Shown one piece after another: positions 51,029 to 61,231 of a stretch of 64,000 nucleotides of DNA. The stretch spans positions 1 through 64,000 of the forward strand of contig JBBRPR010000008.1 of assembly GCA_038227875.1 (NCBI GenBank), written 5' to 3'. Numbering within the stretch: position 1 is the stretch's first letter; the number at the start of each line of letters is the position of its first letter. This stretch comes from Planctomycetota bacterium (GTDB lineage: Bacteria > Planctomycetota > SZUA-567 > H5-PLA8). A model generated the notes under the pieces. That model was not told the origin of the DNA and ran no database searches. It saw only the letters and a program-made list of their open reading frames with translations. Made by a program: the position numbers and the translations under genes.

Positions 51029-54000
51029 ATGTCGGAAGGCATGGACAAACAGTCGGATAGTTCTGTGGCCATGCCTCCCGCGCCGCCGGCTTCGGCACGC
51101 GACTCCGATGATTCGTCAGCTCCACCTCCAGCTTCTTCCAACTTGCCCGCCAACGGTTCAGGTCCGCGCGCGAATGTCAGTGGCGGACAACGGACAGTAC
51201 TGAAAGAACTCGGCGGATTTGAGCTGATCGAAAAAGTCGGGCAGGGCGGGATGGGCACGGTCTTCAAGGCGCGCCAGAAATCGCTCGACCGCGTCGTCGC
51301 GTTGAAAGTGCTGCCGACGTCGTTCTCGAAGAACAAGAAATTCATCGACCGCTTTCAGAGCGAAGCGCGCGCATCGGCGAAACTGAGCCATCCGAATATT
51401 GTACAGGGCATTGACGTCGGCTGCGATGCGGCGACGTCGGTCTGGTACTTCGCGATGGAGTTCGTTGACGGGCCGACGCTGCGGCAGGTGTTGAAAGAGC
51501 AGCGCGTGATTCCCGAGCAACGCGCGTTGAAGACGGTGCAGGACGTGGCGCGCGCGCTGGACTGCATCGCGCGGGCTGGAATGGTGCACCGCGACATCAA
51601 GCCTGAAAATATTCTGCTTACGAAAAGCGGCGTGGTGAAACTGGCCGACCTGGGCCTGGCGACGGAAGTGAACGTCGAAGACCCGCTGACGCCTCAGGCC
51701 AACCAGACCGTGGGCACGCCTCACTACATGGCGCCGGAACAGGTGCGGGGGCAGCGCGACAAGGTCGACATCCGCAGCGACATCTACGCGCTGGGCGCGA
51801 CGTTGTTTCACCTGGTGACCGGGCAGCGGCCATTTACGGGAAATTCCGCGGCGGAACTGATGGCCAAGCATCTCAACGAGATGCCGCCGAAGGCCAGCGA
51901 CATCAATAAAGAAGTGAGCCAGGCGTGCTCGAAGTTGATCCTGAAGATGATGGCCAAGGAGATCGACAAGCGGGTGCAGACGCCACAGGCGTTGTTGGAA
52001 GAAATTGAGCGCATCGTCAATCCTGCTGCATCGAAGACGGGGCCTTATGGCGCAGTCACGACCGGTCCGCGGGCGGCGGTCGGTACCGGTCCGCGCGGCA
52101 ATGTGACAACAGGCCCGCGTTCCGTGGTGCGCGGCACCACCGGTCCGCGCGACGCAGTGGAAGGAATGGAACGGCTGCGGCCAGTAGAGGCGCGGCAACG
52201 CAGCAATCAAATGCTGTATGGAATCATCTCGCTGGCATTGGTCGTAGCAGGCGCAGTGGCGTTGGCTTTCCGTTCGAGCACTCCATCGAATGCGAATCCG
52301 ACGACTCCGGGAAAGGTGGCGGTGATCAACCCGGTTCCCGCCGCGCCTGTTGTTGCGGAAGCGCCCGTCACTCCTGTGGCGCCGGCTAAGACGGAGCCTG
52401 AAAAGCCGGCGGACAAAATTGAGATCGAGAAACCCGCGGCCGCATTGGCAAAGCCAGTTGAGCCTGCTCCCGTAGTTCCGCCGGCGAAGGTGACAGAGGT
52501 CAAGGAACCGGTGAAGCCGGTCGAACCAGCGAAGGTTGTAGTCGAGCCGGCGAAAGTGGTTCCGGAGCCAGCGACACCCGTTCCGCCTGTTCCCGAACCG
52601 GCGAAGGTTGAGGTCAATCCGGCGGCGCGCGCGGCGTACGCGAAGGTGTTCGATGAATATCTTGCGGCACTGAGCCAGGGAAACCGGAAAGCGGCGGCCG
52701 ACCATCTCGACAAGGCCGAGAAGATGGACGCGCTGAAAGCGCTGCGCGGCGATCTGTTGGAATGCCGTGCGGAGCTGGCGGAGTTTACAGAACTGGATCG
52801 GGCGGTCGAAGCTGGGGCGATGAAGATCGATGTGAAGGCGGGTTACGAGCTGCGCGGACAGAGCGGCGCACCGTGGCAGGTCGGCGGGGCCAGCGGCTTT
52901 GCGGTGCTCAGCGCCAAAGACGGTACGATCATCCTGGGCAACAAGGATGTGAATCTGCCCGTGCCGGTCGCGAAGCTGCATCCGTCAACCTATCGGCGGC
53001 TGGCGGAACTGGGAATGGGCGAGTCGCCGGAAGCGCAGGCGAAACTGACGCTTCCGATCATCCTGGATGTTCATGGCGGGCGCGAGACCGAGGCTGTCGC
53101 GCGTGCTGCGATTGAAAAGGCGCGAGCGGGTGGGGCGTCGGAGTCGAAAATGCGCTTCCTTACGTCGGCGCTCGATGAAATTACCAAGGATGGCCGCGAA
53201 GCCAGCGCGCAGACCGCATTCGACGAGTTGACGAAACTCGCCGCCGCCAAGCAGTGGACGCCACTGAAGACGGCGCTCGATGCGTTTCAAAAGCAACATG
53301 GTTCCACGGATCTGGCAACGAAGAAGGCCGCGGAGATCGCAGCGCTGCAGCAAAAAGCGTTGAGTGCCGAGATGATCATGAAGGGCCTGATGGTCTGGCT
53401 GAAGGCCGACGCGGGCGTGACGCTGCAGGAAGGCAAAGTGAGCGCCTGGCGCGACCTCTCTGGACATAACTGGAACGCGATTCAACCGAATCCGGCTGAA
53501 CGGCCGACGGTGGTGGCCAACGCGCTGCAAGGCGCGCCGGCGATTCACTTCGACGGCATTTCAAGCGTGCTCTTGATCCATCAAATCACCGGGCCGATGA
53601 AGAGCTTCACGGTGTCGTTCACGCTGCGGCCGCTGGGACAGAAGAATTTCAATCAGTATATTGGATCGGGTTGGGGGCGTTTTTGCTTCCATTCGACGGG
53701 CGACGGCGGAATCTTCATCGGCACTAGTGTACAGTCGCGAATCAGCCCCAACGAAGGTCCCAAGCCAGGCACACTGGTGAAGGATACCTGGACCCAGATC
53801 ACGTACGTTTGCGATCAGGGTAAGGGAATGCTGTACAAGAATGGCAAAGAGATCGCGACGAAGAATATGGCTCCGTCGGTATTCAATGGGTTCAATCTTG
53901 GGTCGCCCGATGCCGGTACCATCAATGGTGATATGTCGGAGTTCTGTTTCTACGACCGCGCGCTTGCCGACGCGGAAATTCAGGTCCTGGAAAAGCTGAT

Positions 54001-54088
54001 GATGCGGGACGAGGCCGTGCACACATCCACGCCGCCGCCACCTCCAGCCCCGCCGCGTCCGCCACCACCGCCTCGACCCAAAAAATAA
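51029..54088 (+). CDS. Hanks-type Ser/Thr kinase with TM helix and C-terminal LamG/concanavalin-like domain
   Basis: GQGGMGTV, VALK, HRDIKPEN, DLG, GTPHYMAPE, SDIYALG; WLKADAG..YDRAL. Confidence 0.93.
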   Translation: MSEGMDKQSDSSVAMPPAPPASARDSDDSSAPPPASSNLPANGSGPRANVSGGQRTVLKELGGFELIEKVGQGGMGTVFKARQKSLDRVVALKVLPTSFSKNKKFIDRFQSEARASAKLSHPNIVQGIDVGCDAATSVWYFAMEFVDGPTLRQVLKEQRVIPEQRALKTVQDVARALDCIARAGMVHRDIKPENILLTKSGVVKLADLGLATEVNVEDPLTPQANQTVGTPHYMAPEQVRGQRDKVDIRSDIYALGATLFHLVTGQRPFTGNSAAELMAKHLNEMPPKASDINKEVSQACSKLILKMMAKEIDKRVQTPQALLEEIERIVNPAASKTGPYGAVTTGPRAAVGTGPRGNVTTGPRSVVRGTTGPRDAVEGMERLRPVEARQRSNQMLYGIISLALVVAGAVALAFRSSTPSNANPTTPGKVAVINPVPAAPVVAEAPVTPVAPAKTEPEKPADKIEIEKPAAALAKPVEPAPVVPPAKVTEVKEPVKPVEPAKVVVEPAKVVPEPATPVPPVPEPAKVEVNPAARAAYAKVFDEYLAALSQGNRKAAADHLDKAEKMDALKALRGDLLECRAELAEFTELDRAVEAGAMKIDVKAGYELRGQSGAPWQVGGASGFAVLSAKDGTIILGNKDVNLPVPVAKLHPSTYRRLAELGMGESPEAQAKLTLPIILDVHGGRETEAVARAAIEKARAGGASESKMRFLTSALDEITKDGREASAQTAFDELTKLAAAKQWTPLKTALDAFQKQHGSTDLATKKAAEIAALQQKALSAEMIMKGLMVWLKADAGVTLQEGKVSAWRDLSGHNWNAIQPNPAERPTVVANALQGAPAIHFDGISSVLLIHQITGPMKSFTVSFTLRPLGQKNFNQYIGSGWGRFCFHSTGDGGIFIGTSVQSRISPNEGPKPGTLVKDTWTQITYVCDQGKGMLYKNGKEIATKNMAPSVFNGFNLGSPDAGTINGDMSEFCFYDRALADAEIQVLEKLMMRDEAVHTSTPPPPPAPPRPPPPPRPKK

Positions 54089-54099
54089 CCACGAATGAT

Positions 54100-54119
54100 G
54101 AATCCGGTGCTCCGGATTC
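54100..54119. terminator. Hairpin between convergent genes
   Basis: GAATCCGG-tgct-CCGGATTC. Confidence 0.5.
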
Positions 54120-54125
54120 GAGTCG

Positions 54126-54656
54126 TCAATTCTTCTCTGACGCGTTCAGTTTTGCCTGAGCCAGTGCGGCGGCTTTTGATTTCGGGTACCAGCGCAGCAC
54201 GGCTTTGAACGTTCGCTCCGCATTGCTGTAACCGTCGGTTTCGACGCTGGCAAGTTTGGCATAGCAGACACCGGCTTCGAACAGGGCGGTGGCAGCGCGT
54301 TCGTCGTCAGCGACGAGGTAGGTCATGGCGTTCAGATACGCCCAGCGCGCGTCGGCGTAAGCCGTGTTGGCCCAGAGCGTCCGGCCTTTGGCTTCCTGTT
54401 GGGCGGCCTCGGTGGCGCAGATCTTACCCAGCGCGGCGTAGGCGCCACCGGCGAGCGTCTGGTCGGAAAGGCGACCGGAGTTGGCATGATGATCGATCAA
54501 ATCTGTGGCGACTGACTTGGCGCTGACCCAGTCGTCGGCGGCCATGAGTTTGTGGACGCGGTCGAGGTCGTTGTTTTTCGAGTCGACTTTCTCCGCGGCC
54601 ATGAGTCCGCCGCAAGAAAGTGTGGCCAGTAAAGTGGCATTCGCGATACGCAGCAT
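54126..54656 (-). CDS. Secreted TPR-like protein
   Basis: GAGGA RBS, signal peptide, ALFEAGVCY..F..V...YP.S..A. Confidence 0.7.
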   Translation of the reverse strand: MLRIANATLLATLSCGGLMAAEKVDSKNNDLDRVHKLMAADDWVSAKSVATDLIDHHANSGRLSDQTLAGGAYAALGKICATEAAQQEAKGRTLWANTAYADARWAYLNAMTYLVADDERAATALFEAGVCYAKLASVETDGYSNAERTFKAVLRWYPKSKAAALAQAKLNASEKN

Positions 54657-54950
54657 GGTATAGTTCCTCCATCGATGGTCCGTCAGAAGTGATACGGATG
54701 CGAACCATCGAACTTGCTTAAAAATCAAATTGCGCAGGTGCAACAAGGTGGAGCCGTCACCTTTATATGCGCGTCAGAAAGACGTGGTCAGTATGGGACA
54801 TGACCGAAAATCGACGGAGAATGTCGGTTGAGGCGACGCACGGCCGTAGCGCTTCATAGGTATAGGTACCGGTCGGATATCAGAACGGCATGGCATGTAC
54901 TTTGCCGATACTTCAGTGTGAGGGAAGTTACCCCTTTTGAGGTGCCTATC

Positions 54951-55679
54951 ATGAATCGCTCGACTTCACTAATCATGACACTAATGACGCTGAGTTTTTG
55001 TGTGACTTCGGCGCGCGCCGCCGAACTGTTTGATACGTCTGTTGAGGGTCCGACTCCCGCACCTGCCAAAACTGTCGCGCACAGCGAGGCTGGGGGAGTG
55101 GACAAGCAGTCTGTATTTCTGATGTGTCCGAAGCAGAAGGGCTACAGCGCCTGGTCGCTGTACCTCAATGTGGATCGCAACAATCCTGAGAAGGTGTTGA
55201 GTCTGGGATTGGAAGAGCTGCAGGGTAAGAACGCTCAGGACATGACGTACGATGCCGTGGTCGCGGCTCAGAGTGACGCGAAGACCAAGCGCAAGAATCT
55301 GGGCACGCTGGACGCCGCGAAGTTTGGCTCAGGCACGATCAACGTGACCGACTCCGACGCACTGCACGTTTCGGTGGCTCCGGCGGGGAAGGACGCGCTG
55401 CGTTTGAATCTAAGCATGCGCGTGAGCTTCGACGGCCGCTTTACGGTCGGCGGAAAAGAGCAGAGCAGCAAGGACATTCTGTTCAAGTACGACGCCGCGA
55501 AGAAATCGTGGAGCGCGGTGGCCGATCACCTGAAAGACATGACCAGCGGAGTTGACGCGGCCAGCGGCGGAAATCTGGCGCTGACGGGGATCGTGTTCCC
55601 AGTTACTGGTACGGGTATCTACCGCGTGGTGGCGGCCACGCCGGATGGTGATGGCGTGGTGGTGATGGATCGGGAATAG
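54951..55679 (+). CDS. Secreted hypothetical protein
   Basis: GAGGTG RBS, signal peptide ending ARA. Confidence 0.75.
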   Translation: MNRSTSLIMTLMTLSFCVTSARAAELFDTSVEGPTPAPAKTVAHSEAGGVDKQSVFLMCPKQKGYSAWSLYLNVDRNNPEKVLSLGLEELQGKNAQDMTYDAVVAAQSDAKTKRKNLGTLDAAKFGSGTINVTDSDALHVSVAPAGKDALRLNLSMRVSFDGRFTVGGKEQSSKDILFKYDAAKKSWSAVADHLKDMTSGVDAASGGNLALTGIVFPVTGTGIYRVVAATPDGDGVVVMDRE

Positions 55680-55757
55680 CTATCTTTTATTTCATGTGCG
55701 CCCAAATCAGGGCGCACATGACGGTCGTCTCCAATAAGAAAATTCCAAGCGCCGCAC

Positions 55758-56678
55758 TTAATCCCCACAGCCGTTCCTTTTTCGCCAGGCGCGGACTGCG
55801 CTGATGCAGCTGGCTGCGCTCATCACATAAAAACTTATTCGCGCGATGGAGACTAGTGGAGCTGGCGCTTCTGTTTGAGTGATCACGGATGTGACGTTGG
55901 GCAGGCATACGAATGTGATTGCCAATGCTGTCCACATCACGGTGTCTTTGCCGTGGGACTGGAGAATGCCCGTGCTGCGAGAAATTTGTTCGGCGTCCTG
56001 CGCACGCTGGAGTGCAGCCACGCGTTCGGCGAAGAGAAAGAACACGCCGGGGCCGAAGGCAAATGTCATGACGACAAATCCTGTAGCTATTCCCAGAAAT
56101 GTGCCGAATCCAGCGCAACAATCTGTGCGTTGTCGGACGTAAATATGAGACGGCACAGCCACCAGCAGTTCTGCAATGCTTCCTGCAAGGAGATAGGTTC
56201 GGATACGGCGCAGATACCCGTATTCGTCGGACTTTCGTGATGTCAGCCAGAAAAATAAGCCCCAAAAGAGCCAACCCAGCAGCCCCGCGCCCACAGCCCA
56301 CCAGAATGCGGGAATCACTATTGCGTCTTTAAAGAAGTCCGTCGTTCGCACCTCTGAAATCGAAAAACTCAGCGTAGCGAGCAACAAGCCGAACATCAGG
56401 CCAGAGGTCACGGCCAGCAATGCCCAGCTGCGCCGCTTGACAGGCCGCTGCCGGGAAACGGCCACTGGGAAGAAAAGTGCGAACCCTTCAATGAGGCTCA
56501 GCACACTAATGATGATCCAGTACTCCCATGATCTGAAAATTTCGATATCAATGTCTTGGGAAAGATCTTTGGAAAGACATGCCAGCAAGAGCGGGAAAGT
56601 AAGTGCCACCAGCGTCGCGGCGTAGAGCCCCACCGTGAGCAGCGCCCAACGGCCCGGTTTCCAATTCTTGGGATTCAT
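55758..56678 (-). CDS. Hypothetical integral membrane protein (3' end possibly frameshifted, to 55687)
   Basis: Many TM helices; ELLVAVPSHI.VR...CCA motif; lower GC. Confidence 0.7.
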   Translation of the reverse strand: MNPKNWKPGRWALLTVGLYAATLVALTFPLLLACLSKDLSQDIDIEIFRSWEYWIIISVLSLIEGFALFFPVAVSRQRPVKRRSWALLAVTSGLMFGLLLATLSFSISEVRTTDFFKDAIVIPAFWWAVGAGLLGWLFWGLFFWLTSRKSDEYGYLRRIRTYLLAGSIAELLVAVPSHIYVRQRTDCCAGFGTFLGIATGFVVMTFAFGPGVFFLFAERVAALQRAQDAEQISRSTGILQSHGKDTVMWTALAITFVCLPNVTSVITQTEAPAPLVSIARISFYVMSAASCISAVRAWRKRNGCGD

Positions 56679-56727
56679 CAGCCGGTCAGCGTAGAAGCGC
56701 GCGCGAATTAACGCAAGCAGATGAGAA

Positions 56728-58053
56728 TTACTGCGGCGGCAACGGAACTTTGCACGACCCGGGTTTCAAGGTCAGGCGCGGGCGGTAATCGTCGTCGGCG
56801 ACGTCGGGCGCGAGCTTCAGCGTCGAGACACCGTTCTGCGCGGCGTGAGCGGCCTCGACGGAATAATCCTGCGTGCGGATGCCGTGCGACGGGTGGAGTG
56901 CTTCGACGTCCGGCGCGTTGCGGTGTGAATGAATGGGTTCAGGCTCCGCGTACTGGGGCTCGGGTTCGCTTTCGTTTACTTCGGCCGCGGCGGACTGAGC
57001 GGGCGGGGGAGTGGGTGCAGGTTCCGGGGCTTTCGGTGCTTCGGGCGGATGCTGGACCAGCGCGCTCACCGGCGCGGAGTGCTCGGAGGGCGTCGCGGGA
57101 ATGTGTTCCTGCTGCGCGGAATCTCCAACGTTGCCGTTGCGGTGTTTTGCTTCGGATGCGGTTTCCGCTTTCGTTGGCGCGAACGCCGGCGCGATCAGAT
57201 CCGGCGTGAACGTGCGAGCCTTGTCACCGGAGGCTTCTTCGCGCGCGGTAATGCGTTCGGCGCAGACACTGGCCAGACAGCCGCTTTCCATTTCGAGCAC
57301 TTCCGAACCGAGCGCCTGGTACGCCTTCGACGCGTGGCAACTCGGGTCGTAGAAAACGACCGGCACGCCGTCCTTCTGGCTTTCGGCGACCTTGATGTTC
57401 TGTTTGATCGTCGTGGTGAAAATGTGCTCGCGCAGGCGGTCGTCGCGGCGCAGCGTATCGAGCGTGACTTTGGAGACGTTGGTGCGGCCGTCGAACATCG
57501 TCACCAGCACGCCCGTGACGCGCAGTTCAGGGTTCATCGCTTCGCGGATCATGCCGACGACTTCGAAGAGCTTGCCGAGACCTTCGAGCGCGAACGGATG
57601 GGCCTGTAGCGGGACGAGCACTTCCGTGGCCGCGGCCATGGCGTTGACCGTCAGCAGCGAGAGGCTGGGCAGGCAGTCGATCAGGATGTAATCGTAGTTG
57701 TTCTTGCAGTTGGCCAGCGCCTTGGTCAGGCGCGTTTCGCGGCCGATCATCGTGACCATCTCGATTTCCGCGCCGGAGAGGTCGATGTGGCTCGGCACAA
57801 GATGCAGATTTTCCCACTGCGTTTTGACGATGTACTTGGTCGCGTCGGCTTTCGGGTCGGTGAGCAGCTCGTAGACCGATTCGCTCAGGTCCGCGGCGCG
57901 CCGGCCGAGGCCCAGCGTCAGGTTGGCCTGCGGGTCGAGATCGATGACGAGAACGCGCTTGCCCCGCTGGGCGAGCACGGCGCCGAGGTTAAGGGTGGTC
58001 GTCGTCTTACCGACGCCGCCCTTCTGATTCATGATCGCAATGGCGCGAGGCAT
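56728..58053 (-). CDS. parA: ParA/Soj family ATPase with long disordered C-terminal tail
   Basis: NQKGGVGKTTT, IDLDPQAN, IDCLPSL, VTMFDGRT. Confidence 0.9.
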   Translation of the reverse strand: MPRAIAIMNQKGGVGKTTTTLNLGAVLAQRGKRVLVIDLDPQANLTLGLGRRAADLSESVYELLTDPKADATKYIVKTQWENLHLVPSHIDLSGAEIEMVTMIGRETRLTKALANCKNNYDYILIDCLPSLSLLTVNAMAAATEVLVPLQAHPFALEGLGKLFEVVGMIREAMNPELRVTGVLVTMFDGRTNVSKVTLDTLRRDDRLREHIFTTTIKQNIKVAESQKDGVPVVFYDPSCHASKAYQALGSEVLEMESGCLASVCAERITAREEASGDKARTFTPDLIAPAFAPTKAETASEAKHRNGNVGDSAQQEHIPATPSEHSAPVSALVQHPPEAPKAPEPAPTPPPAQSAAAEVNESEPEPQYAEPEPIHSHRNAPDVEALHPSHGIRTQDYSVEAAHAAQNGVSTLKLAPDVADDDYRPRLTLKPGSCKVPLPPQ

Positions 58054-58218
58054 GTGCGGTCGTTCAATCTCCAGAGTTCAATTCATGCGACGTAAGGTTA
58101 TTGCGGAAAGCGGTGAAAAGGAAAATCAAATTTGAGGAATCGTGGGGCTCAATAGGTCTGACTTGATTTGGATTCTCGCTGGCGCTAAAAACTTTCCCAC
58201 AAACCCGGAGATCACTTC

Positions 58219-59682
58219 GTGTCGCAGAAAGCATTCACGTACAAAACGACCGACCAATTGCTGGCCGGCGCGAAGGAACTGCACGTCGAGGACGTGGTCG
58301 GGGTCGAGAACGATCTCTCGGGGCTGCTCCAACCGATCCAGATCGGCGGCCGCACGGTCGGCAACCGGCTGGCCATCCATCCCATGGAAGGCTGCGACGG
58401 CGAACTGAACGGCAACCCCGGGGAGCTGACATACCGCCGTTGGGAGCGCTTTGGCCAGGGCGGCTGCAAGCTGATCTGGGGCGAAGCGGTGGCGATTCTC
58501 GATGAAGCGCGCGCGAATTCGCGGCAGCTGTGGATTCACGACGGCTCGCTTCCGGAAATGTCGAAGCTGCTCGAAAAGCTGCGCGAGAAGCACCGCGAAA
58601 ACTGGGGCGCCAACGGCTGCTCGGATCTGCTCGTGGGCTGCCAGCTGACGCATTCCGGCCGCTACAGCTACCGCAAGCCGCTGATCGCCATGCACGATCC
58701 GTCGCTGGACCCGGCGACGCTGGTGCCGCAGGGCGATGGGAAAGTGCCGATGGGCCCGGACTATCCCGTGCTCACCGACGACGATCTAAAGCGCGTGGAA
58801 GACGCCTTCATCGTCGCGGCGAAACTGGCGGTGAAAGCCGGCTTCGATTTTCTCGACATCAAACAGTGCCACCGCTACCTGCTCTGCGAACTGCTCGGCG
58901 CGCACACGCGGCCGGGGCCGTACGGTGGTTCGCTCGAAAACCGCACGCGCCTGGTCCGCAACGTGATCGCACGCATCCGCAGCGAAGTGAGCAAGGACAT
59001 TATGCTCGCCACGCGCCTGAATATGTGCGACTACGTGCCGTACATGAAAGGCCCCGACGGCTACGGCAAACCGCGCCCTTACACCACGCCGTACCAGTGG
59101 TCGTTTGGCGTGAACAAGGACCAGCCGGAGACGGAGGATCTGACCGAACCCAAGCAGGTCGTCAAGATGTTGGTGGACGCAGGCCTGTCGCTATTCAATC
59201 TGTCGCTGGGCAATCCGTACAACAATCCGCACTTCGGCCGGCCGTTCGAGATCGCTCCACTGGATGGTTATCATTCGCCGGAACATCCGCTGCTGGGTGT
59301 CGCGCGTCATTTCCGCCTCGCGGCCGAGATGCAGAAAGCATTCCCGGACGTGCCATTCGTCGGCACGGGCTATTCGTGGCTGCAGCACCATTTCCTGACC
59401 TGCGGCGCGGCGAACGTGAAGGCCGGACGGATTACGCTGGTCGGCGTCGGTCGCGGCGCGTTTGCGTACCCGGATTTTGTGAAGGACATCAAAGAGAAGG
59501 GCAAGATCGACGACGCGAAAGTCTGCATCGCGATTTCCAGTTGCACGGCGCTGATGCGCGCGAAAGGCAACGAGCTGGGTCAGTTTCCGAGCGGGTGCGT
59601 GCCGAAGGACAAGTTTTACGGACCGATTTACCGCGAGGCGATCAATGCGTTCAAGGCGGGGAACAAGCCGAAGGGCAAGTAG
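58219..59682 (+). CDS. NADH:flavin oxidoreductase (OYE-like)
   Basis: NRLAIHPMEG, QLTHSGR, AGFDFLDIK.CH.YL, YGGSLENRTR. Confidence 0.9.
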   Translation: MSQKAFTYKTTDQLLAGAKELHVEDVVGVENDLSGLLQPIQIGGRTVGNRLAIHPMEGCDGELNGNPGELTYRRWERFGQGGCKLIWGEAVAILDEARANSRQLWIHDGSLPEMSKLLEKLREKHRENWGANGCSDLLVGCQLTHSGRYSYRKPLIAMHDPSLDPATLVPQGDGKVPMGPDYPVLTDDDLKRVEDAFIVAAKLAVKAGFDFLDIKQCHRYLLCELLGAHTRPGPYGGSLENRTRLVRNVIARIRSEVSKDIMLATRLNMCDYVPYMKGPDGYGKPRPYTTPYQWSFGVNKDQPETEDLTEPKQVVKMLVDAGLSLFNLSLGNPYNNPHFGRPFEIAPLDGYHSPEHPLLGVARHFRLAAEMQKAFPDVPFVGTGYSWLQHHFLTCGAANVKAGRITLVGVGRGAFAYPDFVKDIKEKGKIDDAKVCIAISSCTALMRAKGNELGQFPSGCVPKDKFYGPIYREAINAFKAGNKPKGK

Positions 59683-59721
59683 GCGGAAGGCAGCGGCAGC
59701 AGGCAGTCACGCGTGAGCTAC

Positions 59722-59753
59722 AAAAAACTCGCCGCATTTAGCGGCGAGTTTTT
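59722..59753. terminator. Bidirectional intrinsic terminator
   Basis: AAAAAACTCGCCGC-attta-GCGGCGAGTTTTT between convergent genes. Confidence 0.85.
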
Positions 59754-59765
59754 CTTCGATATTCG

Positions 59766-61040
59766 TCAGTACGTCTTGAACCTCACCTTCGGCTCATTTC
59801 CATACTCAATCACGACGTCGCGGCCTCCATTCGTAATGGAGAGGCGGCCGGCTTCGATGACGAGTTCGTTGTAGGCGCTGTTGCGTGGCGTGGCGATGAT
59901 GCCTTCGCGGTCGATTTCATCGAGAAGTTCGCGGCGCTTGAGGAGCGCGTCCTTGGCGCTGAGAAGTTCGCTCTGACGGTTGATGCGGTTGACCGCTTTG
60001 ACCAGGAATTCGATCGAGCGGTAACCGTAGCCGACGGGTTCCAAACCTTTTCCACCGCGGTTGACGAGTTGGAAGTAATCCGGATTGGTTTCCATGAAAG
60101 CGGTGTCTCCGGGGCTGCCGCCCTTCTTGAGCACGGCATGCTTGACGCCGCGGAACTGATCGGAATGCGAGATCAGGCCGGCCGCCTCGCTATTCTGCGT
60201 GTGCAGGACCATGCCCTGCGTGTTTCCGCCGGGGCCCTCGTCGGGGTAGCCGAAGCCGTTGAGAACGCTCAAGACGCCGCCGTTCTCCCAGACCACGCGC
60301 GCGTCGGTCCAGAGGTAACCGAGCTTGCCATTCGGCCACGGCTGTGGCTTTGAATAAACGGAAACCTGGACGGGCTTGAGTCCTGTGATGAAGGCGACGA
60401 GGTCGACGTAGTGGCAGCCGATGTAGGTAAACGCATCGGAGTTCTCGCAGGTACACCAGTTCTGGAAATTGGAGAAATGGTAGTACCACTTTTCGATCAG
60501 GTGGGCCTGGCCGGCTTTGAATTCGCCGAACTCGCCATTGCGGTAGCGGCCGCGGGCGATTAGGGCGCGGTCGTCGAAGCGTTTATGGTATTCGACGCCG
60601 ACGAACAGCCCCTTCTCGCGGGCGAGGTATTCGAGTTCGATCCCTTCCTTATACGTGAGCACGTACGGCTTGACGGTGATCACATGCTGATCGCAGTTCA
60701 GCGCTTCCTTGATCGCATCGTAGTGCATCTGGTCGGGCGTTGCGATCATCACGCATTGGCGCGGCGGCAGGGACTTTAGCACCTTCTTATAGAGATCGGG
60801 GTAGGACTTCCCGGCATCGGCGGAACGGTAATCGGGATACGGCGTGAACGTCTGCCCCGGAAATGCTCTCGCCAGCGTCGCGTCCTCGGCGAGCGTTTTT
60901 AACGAGCTGCACCGCGTGCCGGTGACGGAGATGTCGCCGACGAGTGCCTGCCGCTGCAGGTGGTAAAGCGAGGTGAGAAGCTGAAGCTGCGTGATCATGC
61001 CTGGACCAATGACCGCCACCTGCAGCGCATTTGAGCTCAT
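59766..61040 (-). CDS. Gfo/Idh/MocA family oxidoreductase
   Basis: VIGPGMI, ATPDQMH, HVITVKP, YHKRFD, GCHYVD. Confidence 0.85.
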   Translation of the reverse strand: MSSNALQVAVIGPGMITQLQLLTSLYHLQRQALVGDISVTGTRCSSLKTLAEDATLARAFPGQTFTPYPDYRSADAGKSYPDLYKKVLKSLPPRQCVMIATPDQMHYDAIKEALNCDQHVITVKPYVLTYKEGIELEYLAREKGLFVGVEYHKRFDDRALIARGRYRNGEFGEFKAGQAHLIEKWYYHFSNFQNWCTCENSDAFTYIGCHYVDLVAFITGLKPVQVSVYSKPQPWPNGKLGYLWTDARVVWENGGVLSVLNGFGYPDEGPGGNTQGMVLHTQNSEAAGLISHSDQFRGVKHAVLKKGGSPGDTAFMETNPDYFQLVNRGGKGLEPVGYGYRSIEFLVKAVNRINRQSELLSAKDALLKRRELLDEIDREGIIATPRNSAYNELVIEAGRLSITNGGRDVVIEYGNEPKVRFKTY

Positions 61041-61231
61041 GAACGTCTCCGTGAAGGGTGCCTTATTATGTCCTACATTATATCGAAGGCTTTAAATGTC
61101 AACAGGGACTAAGTGTATCGCGGCTCAGCAATTCTTCTTTGCGGCTTTGCGTCTTCTGGGGTGTCCTCTAAATTATGGGAATAAGCGCGTCGCAAGCGCA
61201 GTCCTTCTTACGCAACACTCGGGAAACCTAC

